A stretch of DNA of 64,000 nt from Squalus acanthias (lineage: Eukaryota), in NCBI GenBank assembly GCA_030390025.1, contig CM059427.1:208382001-208446000 (forward strand), written 5' to 3'. Position numbers and translations under genes: made by a program. Position 1 is the first letter of the stretch, and the number at the start of each line of letters is the position of its first letter. The notes under the pieces are model-generated. The model ran no database searches, was not told the DNA's origin, and saw only the letters and a program-made list of their open reading frames with translations. Shown one piece after another: positions 38,894-49,497 of this stretch.

Positions 38894-39336
38894 GGCTCCA
38901 GGGAGATAATCAGATGGCTTGATCTTGTATATTAATTACACTAAATGAAACAAACAGATTAGTGCAGCCGCTGCCAGGATGGTGCTTATGTTTTGATGGA
39001 ATGGAATGTCTTTAAATAACTCTGACCCGGCTCTGAAGTGAAATACCCAGAGATTACAGTATGATCCCGGGTAGAGTTCTTCAAAAATATAATAAAACGC
39101 TGAATAAGTGATTGCCATGGTGAGAGTGAGCCTTCTACATGAGGAATTAATGGGTTTAAGCACCTTAGTACTGAGTTAAGTGATCTCAGCACAATCTATA
39201 ATTAACGAGAGAAACTCTGGTTCAGCAGCCGGAAAACGCGCCCAGGTACTCGCTCCTGCCCGGGTAAGCACCGTACACAGGCACTTGGCTCCAAATCCCT
39301 CTGAGAGTGTACGCCCACTTTAAAACAGGTGTCTCT

Positions 39337-40285
39337 ACATTCAGTGTGGACAGGTCCAGTTCAGCACAGTTACATTCAATGTGGACTGGTCCAGTTCAGC
39401 ACAGTTAGATTCATTGTGGACAGGTCCAGTTCAGCACGGTTACATTCAGCGTGGACTGGTCCATTTCAGCACGGTTATATTCAGTGAGGACAGGCCCAGG
39501 TCATAGAAACATAGAAACATAGAAACATAGAAGATAGGAGCAGGAATAGGCCATTCGGCCGCTCGAGCCTGCTCCGCCATTCGATCAGATCATGGCTGAT
39601 CATCCAAACTCAGTACCCTGTACCTGCCTTCTCCCCATATCACTTGATACCTTTAGCTTTAAGAAATATATCTAACTCATTCTTGAATATATTTAATGAA
39701 TTGGCCTCAACTACCTTCTGTGGTAAAGAATTCCACAGGTTCACCACTCTCTGAGTGAAGAAATTCTTCCTCATTTCTGTCCTAAATTGCTTACCCCTTA
39801 TCCTTAGATTATGACCCCTGGTTCTGGACTCTCCGACCATCGGGAACATTCTTCCTGCATCTAGTTTGTCCAGACATGTCAGATTGTTATATGTTTCGAT
39901 GAGATCCCCTCTCATTCTTCAATACTCCAGCGAGTACAAGCCCAATCGACCCAATCTCTCCTCATATGTCATTTCTGCCAGGTCAGCACGGTTACATTCA
40001 GTGTGGCCATGTCCAGTTCTGCAGGGATGCATTCAGTGTGGACACGTCCAGTTCAGCACAGTTACATTCAGTGTGGACAGGTCCAGTTCAGCACAGTTAC
40101 ATTCAGTGTGGACAGGTCCAGTTCAGCACAGTTATATTCCGTGTTGACATGTCCAGTTCAGCACTGTTACATTCAGTGTGGACAGGTCCAGGTCAGCACG
40201 GTAACATTCAGTGTGGATAGGTCCAGGTCAGCACGGTTACAATCAATGTGGACAGGTCCAGTTAAGCGCGGTTGCATTTAGTCTG
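39337..40285. repeat. Inverted copy of the 35-bp satellite, interrupted by a CR1 3' fragment (39503-39975, minus)
   Basis: CATTCAGTGTGGACAGGTCCAGTTCAGCACAGTTA units on both sides of a CR1 piece with a (CATAGAAA)n tail. Confidence 0.92.
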
Positions 40286-40429
40286 CACCTGCCCTGTTGT
40301 GCCCGAGACATTTGACACATCTCTACCTCCATTCCCTGTGTGTGGTCCGGCTGTTTGTCCGAAACTCTATCTTGGATTTCCACCAGTTAAATGTCAGGTA
40401 CACTTACGCCATTATTTCGGCCCGCCATT

Positions 40430-41170
40430 GGGCCAAAAATTCATCCCGCTGCGCGAGAGTACGCACTGCGTACTCTCGCGTATTCTCTCTCCAATTGCCG
40501 GTTTTCTGCATGCCCTGCGCATGCGCTGAAAACCGGCACTTGGTCTTTTGAAAAGGGGGCGGTTCCTCGGTGCATCGCGTGCGCGCTACAGGCTGCGCGC
40601 ACGCTGTGCACTTCGTGCTTTGGACGCGCAGGTAAGGACGGTAGATTTTAGAAATGGAAAAAGGAGGAGTAAGACCCACTTTTAACAAGGTAAGTAGTGA
40701 ATTAAGTACTTTTTTGAATTTTTTTTAACAGGTATATCTTTTTTAGAGACTTTAAAGACAGGTAAGTTTATTTTTATAACTTTTTAAAAGATTTTAAATT
40801 TTTTCAAAAATTTAATTTTTTATTTAAAATGGTTAATTTATTTAACTATACTTATTTTATTAATGTGATGTTTTTTTTTAATTTAATTGAGGTTTAGCTG
40901 TTATTTTGGGGGGGTGTAATATTCATAGATTTCACAACACGGAGGTGAAACTTATGAATGGAAGATGGTGTGCTGCCATTGGCTCTAACTGAGTCACGTG
41001 ATCCCACAGCTCGCACGAATTCACTACGCCGGTGGGATACGCAAGCACTGCCCAGCTGATGTCTGGAACATCAAGTTCGTGCGAGCTGAATCTGAAAAAG
41101 CCAACGCGGAGTGAGAGTAAGCGGGGAAGCCTTACCCCCGCGGGAACAGAGCGAGATCAATTTCTGGGCC
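40430..41170. mobile_element. Putative non-autonomous DNA transposon/MITE (possibly Harbinger-like)
   Basis: Imperfect terminal inverted repeats GGGCCAAAAATTCATCCCGCT and AGCGAGATCAATTTCTGGGCC, GC-rich ends, an AT-rich core, and ATT/AAT flanks. Confidence 0.5.
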
Positions 41171-42333
41171 AATATCTGTATGCTCGCCATCATTTCCATT
41201 CCCGACTACTGCCTGACGCTGTATAGAGCCTTGATCAGTCCCCGGATGCAGTATTGCGTTCAGTTTGGGGCACCGAACCACAGTAAGTAGAAATTGGCGT
41301 CGGATGTGCGGAAGGAGGTGGGGGGTGGGGTACATCGCAGATTCATCAAAATAATACCGGGGCCACAGAGTTAAATTATGAGTGTAGCAAAATCATAGCT
41401 TGTATTCCCATGAGTGTCAGAGCTGAGGGGCGATCTGATGGAGGTGTTTAAAATGTTAAAATGTTTCGATAGTGTAGATAGAGATAAACTCCTTCATCTA
41501 ATGGGGGAATCAAGAAAATGAAGCAGTATTTCACAAAAAAAGGGCTGTGTATACCTGGAACTCTCTCCTTCAAAAAGCTGTTGATGCTGGGGGTCAATTC
41601 AAACTTTCTAAACTGAGAGGGCAAGCCTATTAGGGGGTTACGGAACTAAGCCGAGTAAATTCAGTTAAGATACACATCAGTCAGGATCTAATTAAATGGC
41701 GGAAGAGGATCGAGGGGCTGTTTGGCCTACTCCTGTTCCAATGAACCTATTCGACTGCTATTCGACATTCGGTTGAGAATCTGACCCTATATCCTCTCCA
41801 TCACAAAGCACTTTTTCACACAAAGGGTAGAATTAATCTTGAATTCTACCAAAAACGGCGCAGATGAAGGACAATTGGAGTTTCAAGACAGACATGACAT
41901 ATTTTTGTTCGGTCACGGTGCTCCTAGATTCTATGTTTCTATGTTTCTATGATGTGGAGGTCGGGCGGGTAAATCAGGAACAGCTCAGCCATGATCTAAT
42001 TAAATTGTGAAGAAATTCCGAGGTGCTGTATGGCCTATTCCTGTCCCTATGACCAAGTCCGGGCGACCTATTCGTCCCTCATTTGAGGTTCTGACCCAAT
42101 ACCCTCTCCATCACAGCGGTCGCCTAAGTTCACCTCCGTAATATCGCCCGTCTCCACTTCTGCATCACCCATCTGCCGACGAAACCCTTCTCCATGCTGT
42201 TGTTACCTTCAAACGCGACAATTCCAATGCTCTTGCAATAGCACAATACTGCGAATGCTGGAAACCTGAAATAACAGCAGAAAATGCTGGAAACACTCAG
42301 CAGGTCAGGCAGCATCCGTGGAGAGAGAAACAG

Positions 42334-42370
42334 AGTTAACGTTTCAGGTCAGGGACCCTTCTTCAGAACT
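42334..42370 (-). ncRNA. Minimal hammerhead motif in an isolated Penelope tail (42237-42385)
   Basis: Minus strand reads AGTT-CTGAAGA-AGGGTCCCTGACCT-GAAAC-GTT-AACT. Confidence 0.6.
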
Positions 42371-42504
42371 GGAGAAAGTTAGGGATTCTCTATTGGCCGG
42401 CCTCCCATCCACTTCCCTCTCGGAACTTCAGCTCCTCCAAATCTCCAGTGTCTGTTTTAATTCCCGCAGCAAATCTCGCTCGCCCATTTACCCTGTCAGC
42501 TCTC

Positions 42505-42830
42505 AGCTGTGGTTCTGTGGGCAGCACTCTCGCCTCTGATTCAGAAGGTTGTGGGTTGAAGTCCCACTCCAGAGGCTTGAACACGAAAATCTAGGCTGAC
42601 ACTCCAGTGCAGTACTGGAGGAGTGCTGCACTCTCGGAGGTGCATTCTATCGAATGAGAATTTAAGCCGAGACCACAGCTGTTCTCTCAGGTGGACGTAA
42701 AAGATCCCACGGCACTATTTCGAACGAAGATCAGGGGCGTTATCCCCGGTGTCCTGACCAATATTTATCCCTTAATCAACGTCACTAAAACAGAATATCT
42801 GGTCATTAACACATTGCTGTTTGTGGGAGA
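42505..42830 (+). mobile_element. tRNA-derived Deu-domain SINE (SacSINE1-like); second copy at ~45440-45722
   Basis: tRNA-like head followed by the CTCTCAGGTGGACGTAAAAGATCCC...CCCCGGTGTCCTG..CAATATTTATCCC core. Confidence 0.8.
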
Positions 42831-42834
42831 CTAT

Positions 42835-43010
42835 TCGACAGGACAGTACGGGAAGGCATAGCGGTGACACTGAATTGTAGTCTTACAGCAACAGATACAT
42901 ACCCTGAGCTTTTCTGGTACCGGCAGCTTCCCGGTCGTGCTCCGGCAAAAGCTGAGAGTTTCTGGGGCGGCGCTGTCAGGTGGCGCCATGTATTACTGCG
43001 CTCTGAGACC
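42835..43010 (+). pseudogene. T-cell receptor V-alpha/delta segment pseudogene
   Basis: VREGIAVTLNCSLTATDTYPELFWYRQLPGRAP, then a deletion/frameshift, then KLRVSGAALSGGAMYYCALRP. The leader and FR1 start are replaced by a SINE. Confidence 0.82.
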
Positions 43011-43049
43011 CACAGCTGCACAGCTCCGTGCTCGTCCTGTACATAAACT
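43011..43049 (+). promoter_or_regulatory. 23-bp-spacer recombination signal sequence
   Basis: CACAGCT + exactly 23 nt + ACATAAACT, directly after the YYCALRP codons. Confidence 0.85.
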
Positions 43050-44822
43050 GCGGCAAACTGTGGGTAAATAGAACATCCCGCCTGTGATTGTATGACTAGG
43101 ACGGTTACTGTCAGGACAGAATATCCCCACAGGGCATTTCCCAACAGCTCTGAATAGAGGAGTAAGATTTTAGATATTATTCATTCTATAGTGAGAGATG
43201 AACACGAGGAAACCCCCGCAGGTTTAATAGCCCATCGCTACCGTGTAATCTGTGTTCAAATTCAAGTTTCCCCTTTTCACTGCCCGTGTATTTTTTTTTC
43301 ATTGTCACTGCACTTAAACCAGCACAGAAATCTGCAGCTTTGCTTAGGTTTTGATTGTATTCAAAGGGCTCTAAACAGTCCCTTTTCTGAGCGATGATTT
43401 AATTTCTGTCGGTGTGTGAAGGTTCACCGGGAGCACTGACTTCACTCTCCTGCAACATTCGTGTTTACACGGAGCTATCCACTCCGTCGGGTAGATGTCA
43501 TCTGGTCGCTACTTCTAGTGGCATAGTGAATGCATGCTAAGAGAATGAATGCCGTTTCTACTAAACTAGCGATCGTACGAAATTTTCCGCTCTGTTTGGG
43601 ATGTCGCTACGACAGATAGACCAGATAAAATCTTCACCTTGTGTGTCCCCAGCAGAAGGTTATTCAGTAAGAGAAGAGAGGAAATCTTCACCTTGTGTGT
43701 CCCCAGCAGAGAGAATGACCCCAATAATTCCAATGCATGTATCAAACAATTCTCAATATCAGAGACACTTATGCATATTAAAACTTAGAATCTTAATTTT
43801 TAGCAGGTTTCAGGAGGTCACATTGAGGATAAGATTAGTAACCGATGAACAAACACTAACGGACTAATAATCTGCAAGGACAGACATTGTGTGCTCTAGA
43901 CACCGGGCCAGATAGTCAGAAGACCGACTCAACACAAGGCTAATAGAGACGGTATCAGAAAAGATGAGATAGTGAGCTACAAACCGTTTAAAGAACAATG
44001 CACAAAGACTAGATAACGTCGTGCAGAATCACTAAAGATAATGATATAATTTACAAGATGAATTGATGGGTTAACGTGTTATGTATTAATTAAAAATAAC
44101 CAGAAGGTGTTGACATGTTGCCTTCACGTTAGCAAGACGTTGCTAAGACTATAACAGGCACAGCACACAAAAGATCAAAAAACCTGAAAGATACGAGCTT
44201 GAGGCAATCAAGGAACAAGATGTCAACGCTGCTCACATTAGGAGCGGGTAATATTACTTCTATTGTATCTGTGGCCTTAGCTGGTAAGATTTTTAGTAAT
44301 CTGACTTATTAACTGTGCTTTGACGTGTACTTAATAAAAATATTTAATTGTCAGACCGTTTTGGCAAAATATATTTCTGAACGTCTGACACGGGTAAGTC
44401 GTTAACATTATCTTCACCGAATTGAAGGAAAAAATACCGGGGACTAAGTCTGATTTATTCCACTCGATAACAGCAAATCCCCTGGAATCACCCGGCCGCC
44501 GATCTCTGCCTGTGTTATACAGGAGTTCACACACAGAGTCGGCCATTAACCACTGAACTAAGGTTACTGGAAATAAGGTCACCCAGCAGCTGCTCTGGGA
44601 CTTGCTTATCAGCAACTAAGTAATTTAAAATCGTTTTGTACTCCCAGAAATCACTCGACTTAAATTGGTAAGTTCACCAGTCCTCAGTGAACAGATTCTC
44701 CAGCCTGTCTCCGTCTCACTCGATGGTCCTTCGGTAAAAAAAAATCGAAAGTTCGGTCACTTCTGCAAATTCACAATCAGGTATAAGTTGATTTGGTGAG
44801 AAGTGTGAAAATTCATTCTCAC

Positions 44823-46427
44823 CTAACAAAAATCCAACGAACTCAGTTTTGAATATTTCAATTGACCTCCAGCCTCAACAGCTTTTTGGGGGAGATAATT
44901 CCAGATTTCCATTATTCTTTGTGTGAAGGAATCCTTCCTGACATCACCGCTGCACGGCCTAGCTTTAATTTTATGGTTATGATCCTTGTTCTGGACTCCC
45001 GGACCAGAGGAAATATTTCCTCTATACCAACCCAATCAATTCGATTAATCAACTTAAACACCTCAATTAGATCACCTCTTAATCTTCTATACTCAAAGGT
45101 ATACAAGCCTATTCTGTGCAACCTCTCCTCATTATTTAACTCTTTTATCCGCGGTATCATTCTGGTAAACCTGCACTGTAGCCCCTCCAATGACAGTATA
45201 TCCTTCCTGATGTGTGGAGCCCAGAATTGAACTCAGTTCTCTGAATAGGGTAGATGCACTTTCTAGCAGTGGGTTCCTGGACAGTTACCAGAAAAGGGTT
45301 CCAGACACCTACTGCCGCTCCGAAAATGATCAGCCAACTCAGGCTAAACCTGAGACCAAGGACATCTCACTCACTGTCTGACACCGGAGCAGAGGTAAAC
45401 ATTCTTTGCCGAGGTTATTAAATCCTGAACCGTGAGGAATCCTGATTCAGAAGATCGTGGGTTCAAGTCCAACACTAGAGACTTGAACACAAAATGAAAA
45501 TCGACACTCCCAGTTCAGTACTGAGGGAGTGCTGCACTGTCGGATGTGCTGTCATTCACATGAGATTTTAAACCGAGGATCCGCCTGCTCTCGCAGGTGG
45601 GCGTAATAGATCGCATGGCTCTATTTCGAGGAAGAGCAGGGGAGTTCTCCCCGGTGTCCTGGCCAATATTTATCCCGCAACGAACATTATTAAACAAAAA
45701 GATTATCTGATCATTATCACAGTGCGATAAGAACATAAGAAACAGGAGCAGGATTCGTACAATCGGCCCCTCGAGCATGCTCCGCCATTCAATAAGATCA
45801 TGGCTGATCCAATCTTGGCCTCAACAACACTTTCCCGCTATCTCCCCATACCCCTTGACTCCCTTGTAGTTCAAATGTCTGTCAATCTCCGCCTTAAATG
45901 TATTCAATGACCCAGCCTCCACAGCTCTCTGGGGTAGAGAATTCCAAAGATTCTCGACCCTCTGAGAGAAGAAATTCCTCCTCATCTGCGTCTTAAATGG
46001 GCGACCGCTTATTCTGAAACTACGCACCCTAGTTCTTGATACCCCCACTAGGGGAAACATCCTCTCAGCATCCACCCTGTCAATCCCCCTCAGAATCGTG
46101 TATGTTTCAATAAGATCACCTCTCATTCTTCGAAACTCCAATGAGTTTTGGCCCAAACTGCTCAACCTTTAATCATACGTCAACCCCTTCATACCAGGAA
46201 TCAACCTAGTGAACCTTCTCTGTACTGCATCTAATGCAAGTATATCCTTCCTTAAATATGGAGACCAAAACTGTACGCAGTACTCCAGGTGCGGTCTCAC
46301 CAGCGCCCTGTAAAGTTGCACCAAACTTCCCTACTTTTATACTCCATACCCCTTGCAACAAATGCCAACATTCCATTAGCCTTCCTAATTACTAGCTGTA
46401 CCTGCATGCTAACTTTTTGTGTTTCAT
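44823..46427 (-). mobile_element. Two CR1 3' fragments (44823-45240 and 45727-46427) flanking a SINE
   Basis: RRLRGDLIE / RRMRGDLIETY and RNFFSQRVENLWNSLP motifs. Confidence 0.85.
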
Positions 46428-46528
46428 GTACTAGAAATAGCTCGGTGCTTTTTACTAATTTCAACAAAAGTCCTGATTGAGATTAGCGCCCAGAATGAAC
46501 TGAAACTTCCCTGGGTTGTGTCTCTTAC

Positions 46529-46843
46529 CCGGAGATCTGGTGATGTCGTGGCTTTGGGTGACTCCTTCATGAGTGACCTGGCAGGTATAGACCGAGCCGG
46601 TGAACCATTCCCCGGCAGGGACTGTCAGCAGACTGGTCGCCGAGAAGTTCCCGTTGACTTCACAGACGGGAGAGGTGACGAAGCCCGAATCAATGCGTTG
46701 TCCATTCTTCAGCCAATTCAGGGTCAGTGAGTCTGGACGGAAATCCATGATTGAACACACGACGGTTGGAAATCTGCTGCTGGTGATTTGTTCACTGGAA
46801 CTCAGCGTGAGGATAACAGTTGAAGGGACGTCCGGTTTAGAAC
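46529..46843 (-). pseudogene. Immunoglobulin heavy chain IgM constant exon Cmu2 (open frame, orphan)
   Basis: 315-bp exon encoding [40 protein letters not shown]...[27 protein letters not shown]...YTCQVTHE, matching shark Cmu2. Donor GTAAG is intact; acceptor is GAG. Confidence 0.88.
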
Positions 46844-46969
46844 CTCCAAAAGAGCACATGTTAATGAAATTCTTTGCAAAATAAATGATTAAAAAATGCA
46901 TAGTGTCCTTATATTTTAACAGGTCCCTTACTGTCAGGCTACATTAACCTGGCACTTCAAGAGACCAGA

Positions 46970-47445
46970 AGTGTTCACAGTGCACCAACTGTGATATGGG
47001 GACCAGAGCTGTGCACTGTATTCTATATGTGATATGGAGACCAGAGCTGTGTACTGTATTCTAAGTGTAATTTGGAGACCGGAACGCTACACAGTATAGT
47101 AAGTGAGATATGGAGACCAGAGCTGTGCACAGTATTCAAAGTGTGATATGGAGATCTGAATCTGCACAGTACAGTAAGCGTGTTATGGAGACCAGAATTG
47201 TGCACAATACTTTAAGTATGATGTGGAGACTAGAACTGTGCACAGTGTTGTAAATGTAATATGGAAGCCAGAATTCTGCACAATATTCTAAGTGATATGG
47301 AGACCAGAACTGTGCACATTATTGTAAATGTGGTATGGAGACCAGAACTGTACACAGTACTGTGTGATATGGAGACCAGAACTGTGCACAGCATTCTAAA
47401 TGTGATATGGAGACCAGAAATGTTCACAATACTCAAAGTGTGGAC
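46970..47445. repeat. 38-bp minisatellite derived from a CR1 ORF2 segment, in the Cmu1-Cmu2 intron
   Basis: ATATGGAGACCAGAACTGTGCACAGCATTCTAAATGTG units; the reverse strand encodes an HLEY..QLWSPY-like peptide. Confidence 0.85.
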
Positions 47446-47520
47446 TAACCAAGTTTCTATAAAAGTTGAACATAACTCCTCACCTTATTACAGTTTCCCC
47501 CATGTACCCACAACACTAAA

Positions 47521-47820
47521 CTGCCATTGTGATGTTCCAGACCGACTCACATCGCCGAACCACGCAGTAGATAGTGCTGCTCCCTACCTCTGATTCGGTG
47601 ATCGTTAATTGGCTGCACAGGGTGTAGGTTCCCCTCTTGTTGAGCACTGGCGGGTAAGTCTTCAATCCAGTGGTGATCGGCTCTTTATCTTTCTTTCAGG
47701 AAAGGCTGGTGATTTCGGGTGATTAGTCTATCGCCAAACAGCCGACGGTCACGGAGCTGTCAGTGTTGGGTTGTTCACAGGATGAGAACAGGGCGTAGAG
47801 GGTGGGAGGAGACGGTTTTG
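47521..47820 (-). pseudogene. IgM constant exon Cmu1, disabled
   Basis: TTTCCCAG acceptor, then [87 protein letters not shown]. Stops at 47723-47725 and 47696-47698; the donor reads TT instead of GT. Missed by the ORF track. Confidence 0.9.
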
Positions 47821-48739
47821 CTGGGAAAGAATGGCCAATTGAACAAGTTAGACTCTGTAATCCGTGTTCATAAAACAACCAAACAACTCGAAATTTGACA
47901 ACAGGATAAATTCATTCCATCATTTTCCGCTCAAAGACTACATCGGCATTTGAGCTTCTGTCAGTTCCATCATGCACACCTTTCGATCCCCTGGTCAGGA
48001 ACACATCTCTGTGACCCCGAGCTCTATCACATTACAGAAATAAGAACCTTTTCACCTCACCACAATAAAGTATCTTTCATTGGATCATGCAATAGAAGAG
48101 CAGAGACGTGTCCCTGCTATTTCGGACAGCCTTTATTTCTCAATCAACGACACTTTTAGTCATTTATTTCACTGATGTTTTTCGAAATTTGCTCTGTGCG
48201 AATTGACTGCTGCGTTTCCTTACAAAACAATAGTGACTACAGTTCAAAAGTAACAGCGTAATCCGTGATTATAAAATTACCTAAATACCTCAAACCTTGA
48301 CTACCATAGAATTGAACAGGGAACTTTTCCACTGCCTAGTTTCTGAGATGCAAGCTGCAGATGAATCGGGATTGATTCGAATCTATCCCTTTCTTCTCAG
48401 TATTTTAGGAAGAGTGATGTATTTCAATGCATTGTGATTTGTGCTCTGTCCCATTCTATTGAATGGATGTCTCCTGAGTTTCCTCCTCCATCCCACTCAA
48501 TTAATAATCCGAATTAAATTCGATTCCAAAAGTCCGGTCAATTGGAAGTGTCTCTTTAAATGGTCCATTTCATTCACCAAAGTACCTTCTGACCTCCCAC
48601 CAATGAGAACAGGCGCTGCTTTCTGGGTCGTTACAGTCACCTCTTGTTGCTGTTTGTCCCGAACATAATCTAAACATCGGGACAGGCTTCTTCTCTAAAT
48701 ATCTAATATTGACAATCCTTAGACATTATAAATCTATAG

Positions 48740-49497
48740 GAGGCAGAGAGTAGTGGTGAGCGGATGTTTTACTAACTGTAGAATATTATGCAGTGAGGTC
48801 TCCCATGGATCGGTATATAAGGATCATTGATGTTCTCGTTATATAAAAATGACCTGGTCTTGGGAACAGGGAGTGCAATTTCGAAGTTCGCAGAAGATTC
48901 AAAACTTGGCAACGTAGCAAATAGTGATCAGGAGAGTAGCAGACTTCAGGAGGACATAAACAGACTGGGGAAATGGACAGGCACATGGTAGGTGCAATTT
49001 AATGCAGATAAGTGTGAAGCGCCGCACCATGGGAGGAACAAGATGGAGAGACAGTATAATCTAAATGGTGCTATTTTGAGGGGATGCAAGAACAGAGAGA
49101 CCTGGATGTGCATATTCGCAAATCGTTGAAGATGACAGTGCAAGTTGATAAAGCTGTTATGAAAGCGTATGGGATACTTGGCTTTGTAAATAGGAGCACT
49201 GAATATAAAAAAAAAACAAGGAAGTTGTGATAAACTTTTACAAATCACCAGTTAGGCCTCAGCTGGAATATTGTGCACAATTCTGGCACCACAATTTAGG
49301 AAGGATGACAAGGCCTTGGTGAGGGTACAGAGGAAGTTCACATTGATGATACCAGGGATGAGGAACTTGAGTTATGTGGAGAGATTGGAGAAGATGGGAT
49401 GTTCTCCTTCGAGCAGAGGTTAGGTGGAGACCTAATAGAGGTATTCAAAGATATGGGAGGCTTTGATCGAATAAATAGACAGAAACTGTTTCCTCTG
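48740..49497 (+). mobile_element. Decayed CR1 fragment cut by the ERV LTR
   Basis: RPQLEYCAQF and RLGGDLIEVFK-like motifs; ends abruptly at TGTAGG (49498). Confidence 0.8.

Noticed and set aside
42505-42580. tRNA gene
   Set aside because: It is the head of a SINE, with a degenerate B-box and no complete cloverleaf.
43602-44407. Possible further solo LTR (TG start, AATAAA, ...GTTAACA end, internal 30-bp direct repeat)
   Set aside because: No TSD and poor terminal inverted repeats, so boundaries cannot be supported.
44500-45400. Minus-strand hints of a TCR J (LIIFGAA) and C exon (TTGCAG|EVTELSIFFY)
   Set aside because: No correctly spaced RSS, no FGxG motif and no conserved Cys/Trp. Would need a sensitive alignment.
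48600-48690. JH-like words (GATTAT...GGGACAA...GTGACTGTAACG) upstream of Cmu1
   Set aside because: No WGxG motif, RSS or splice donor.
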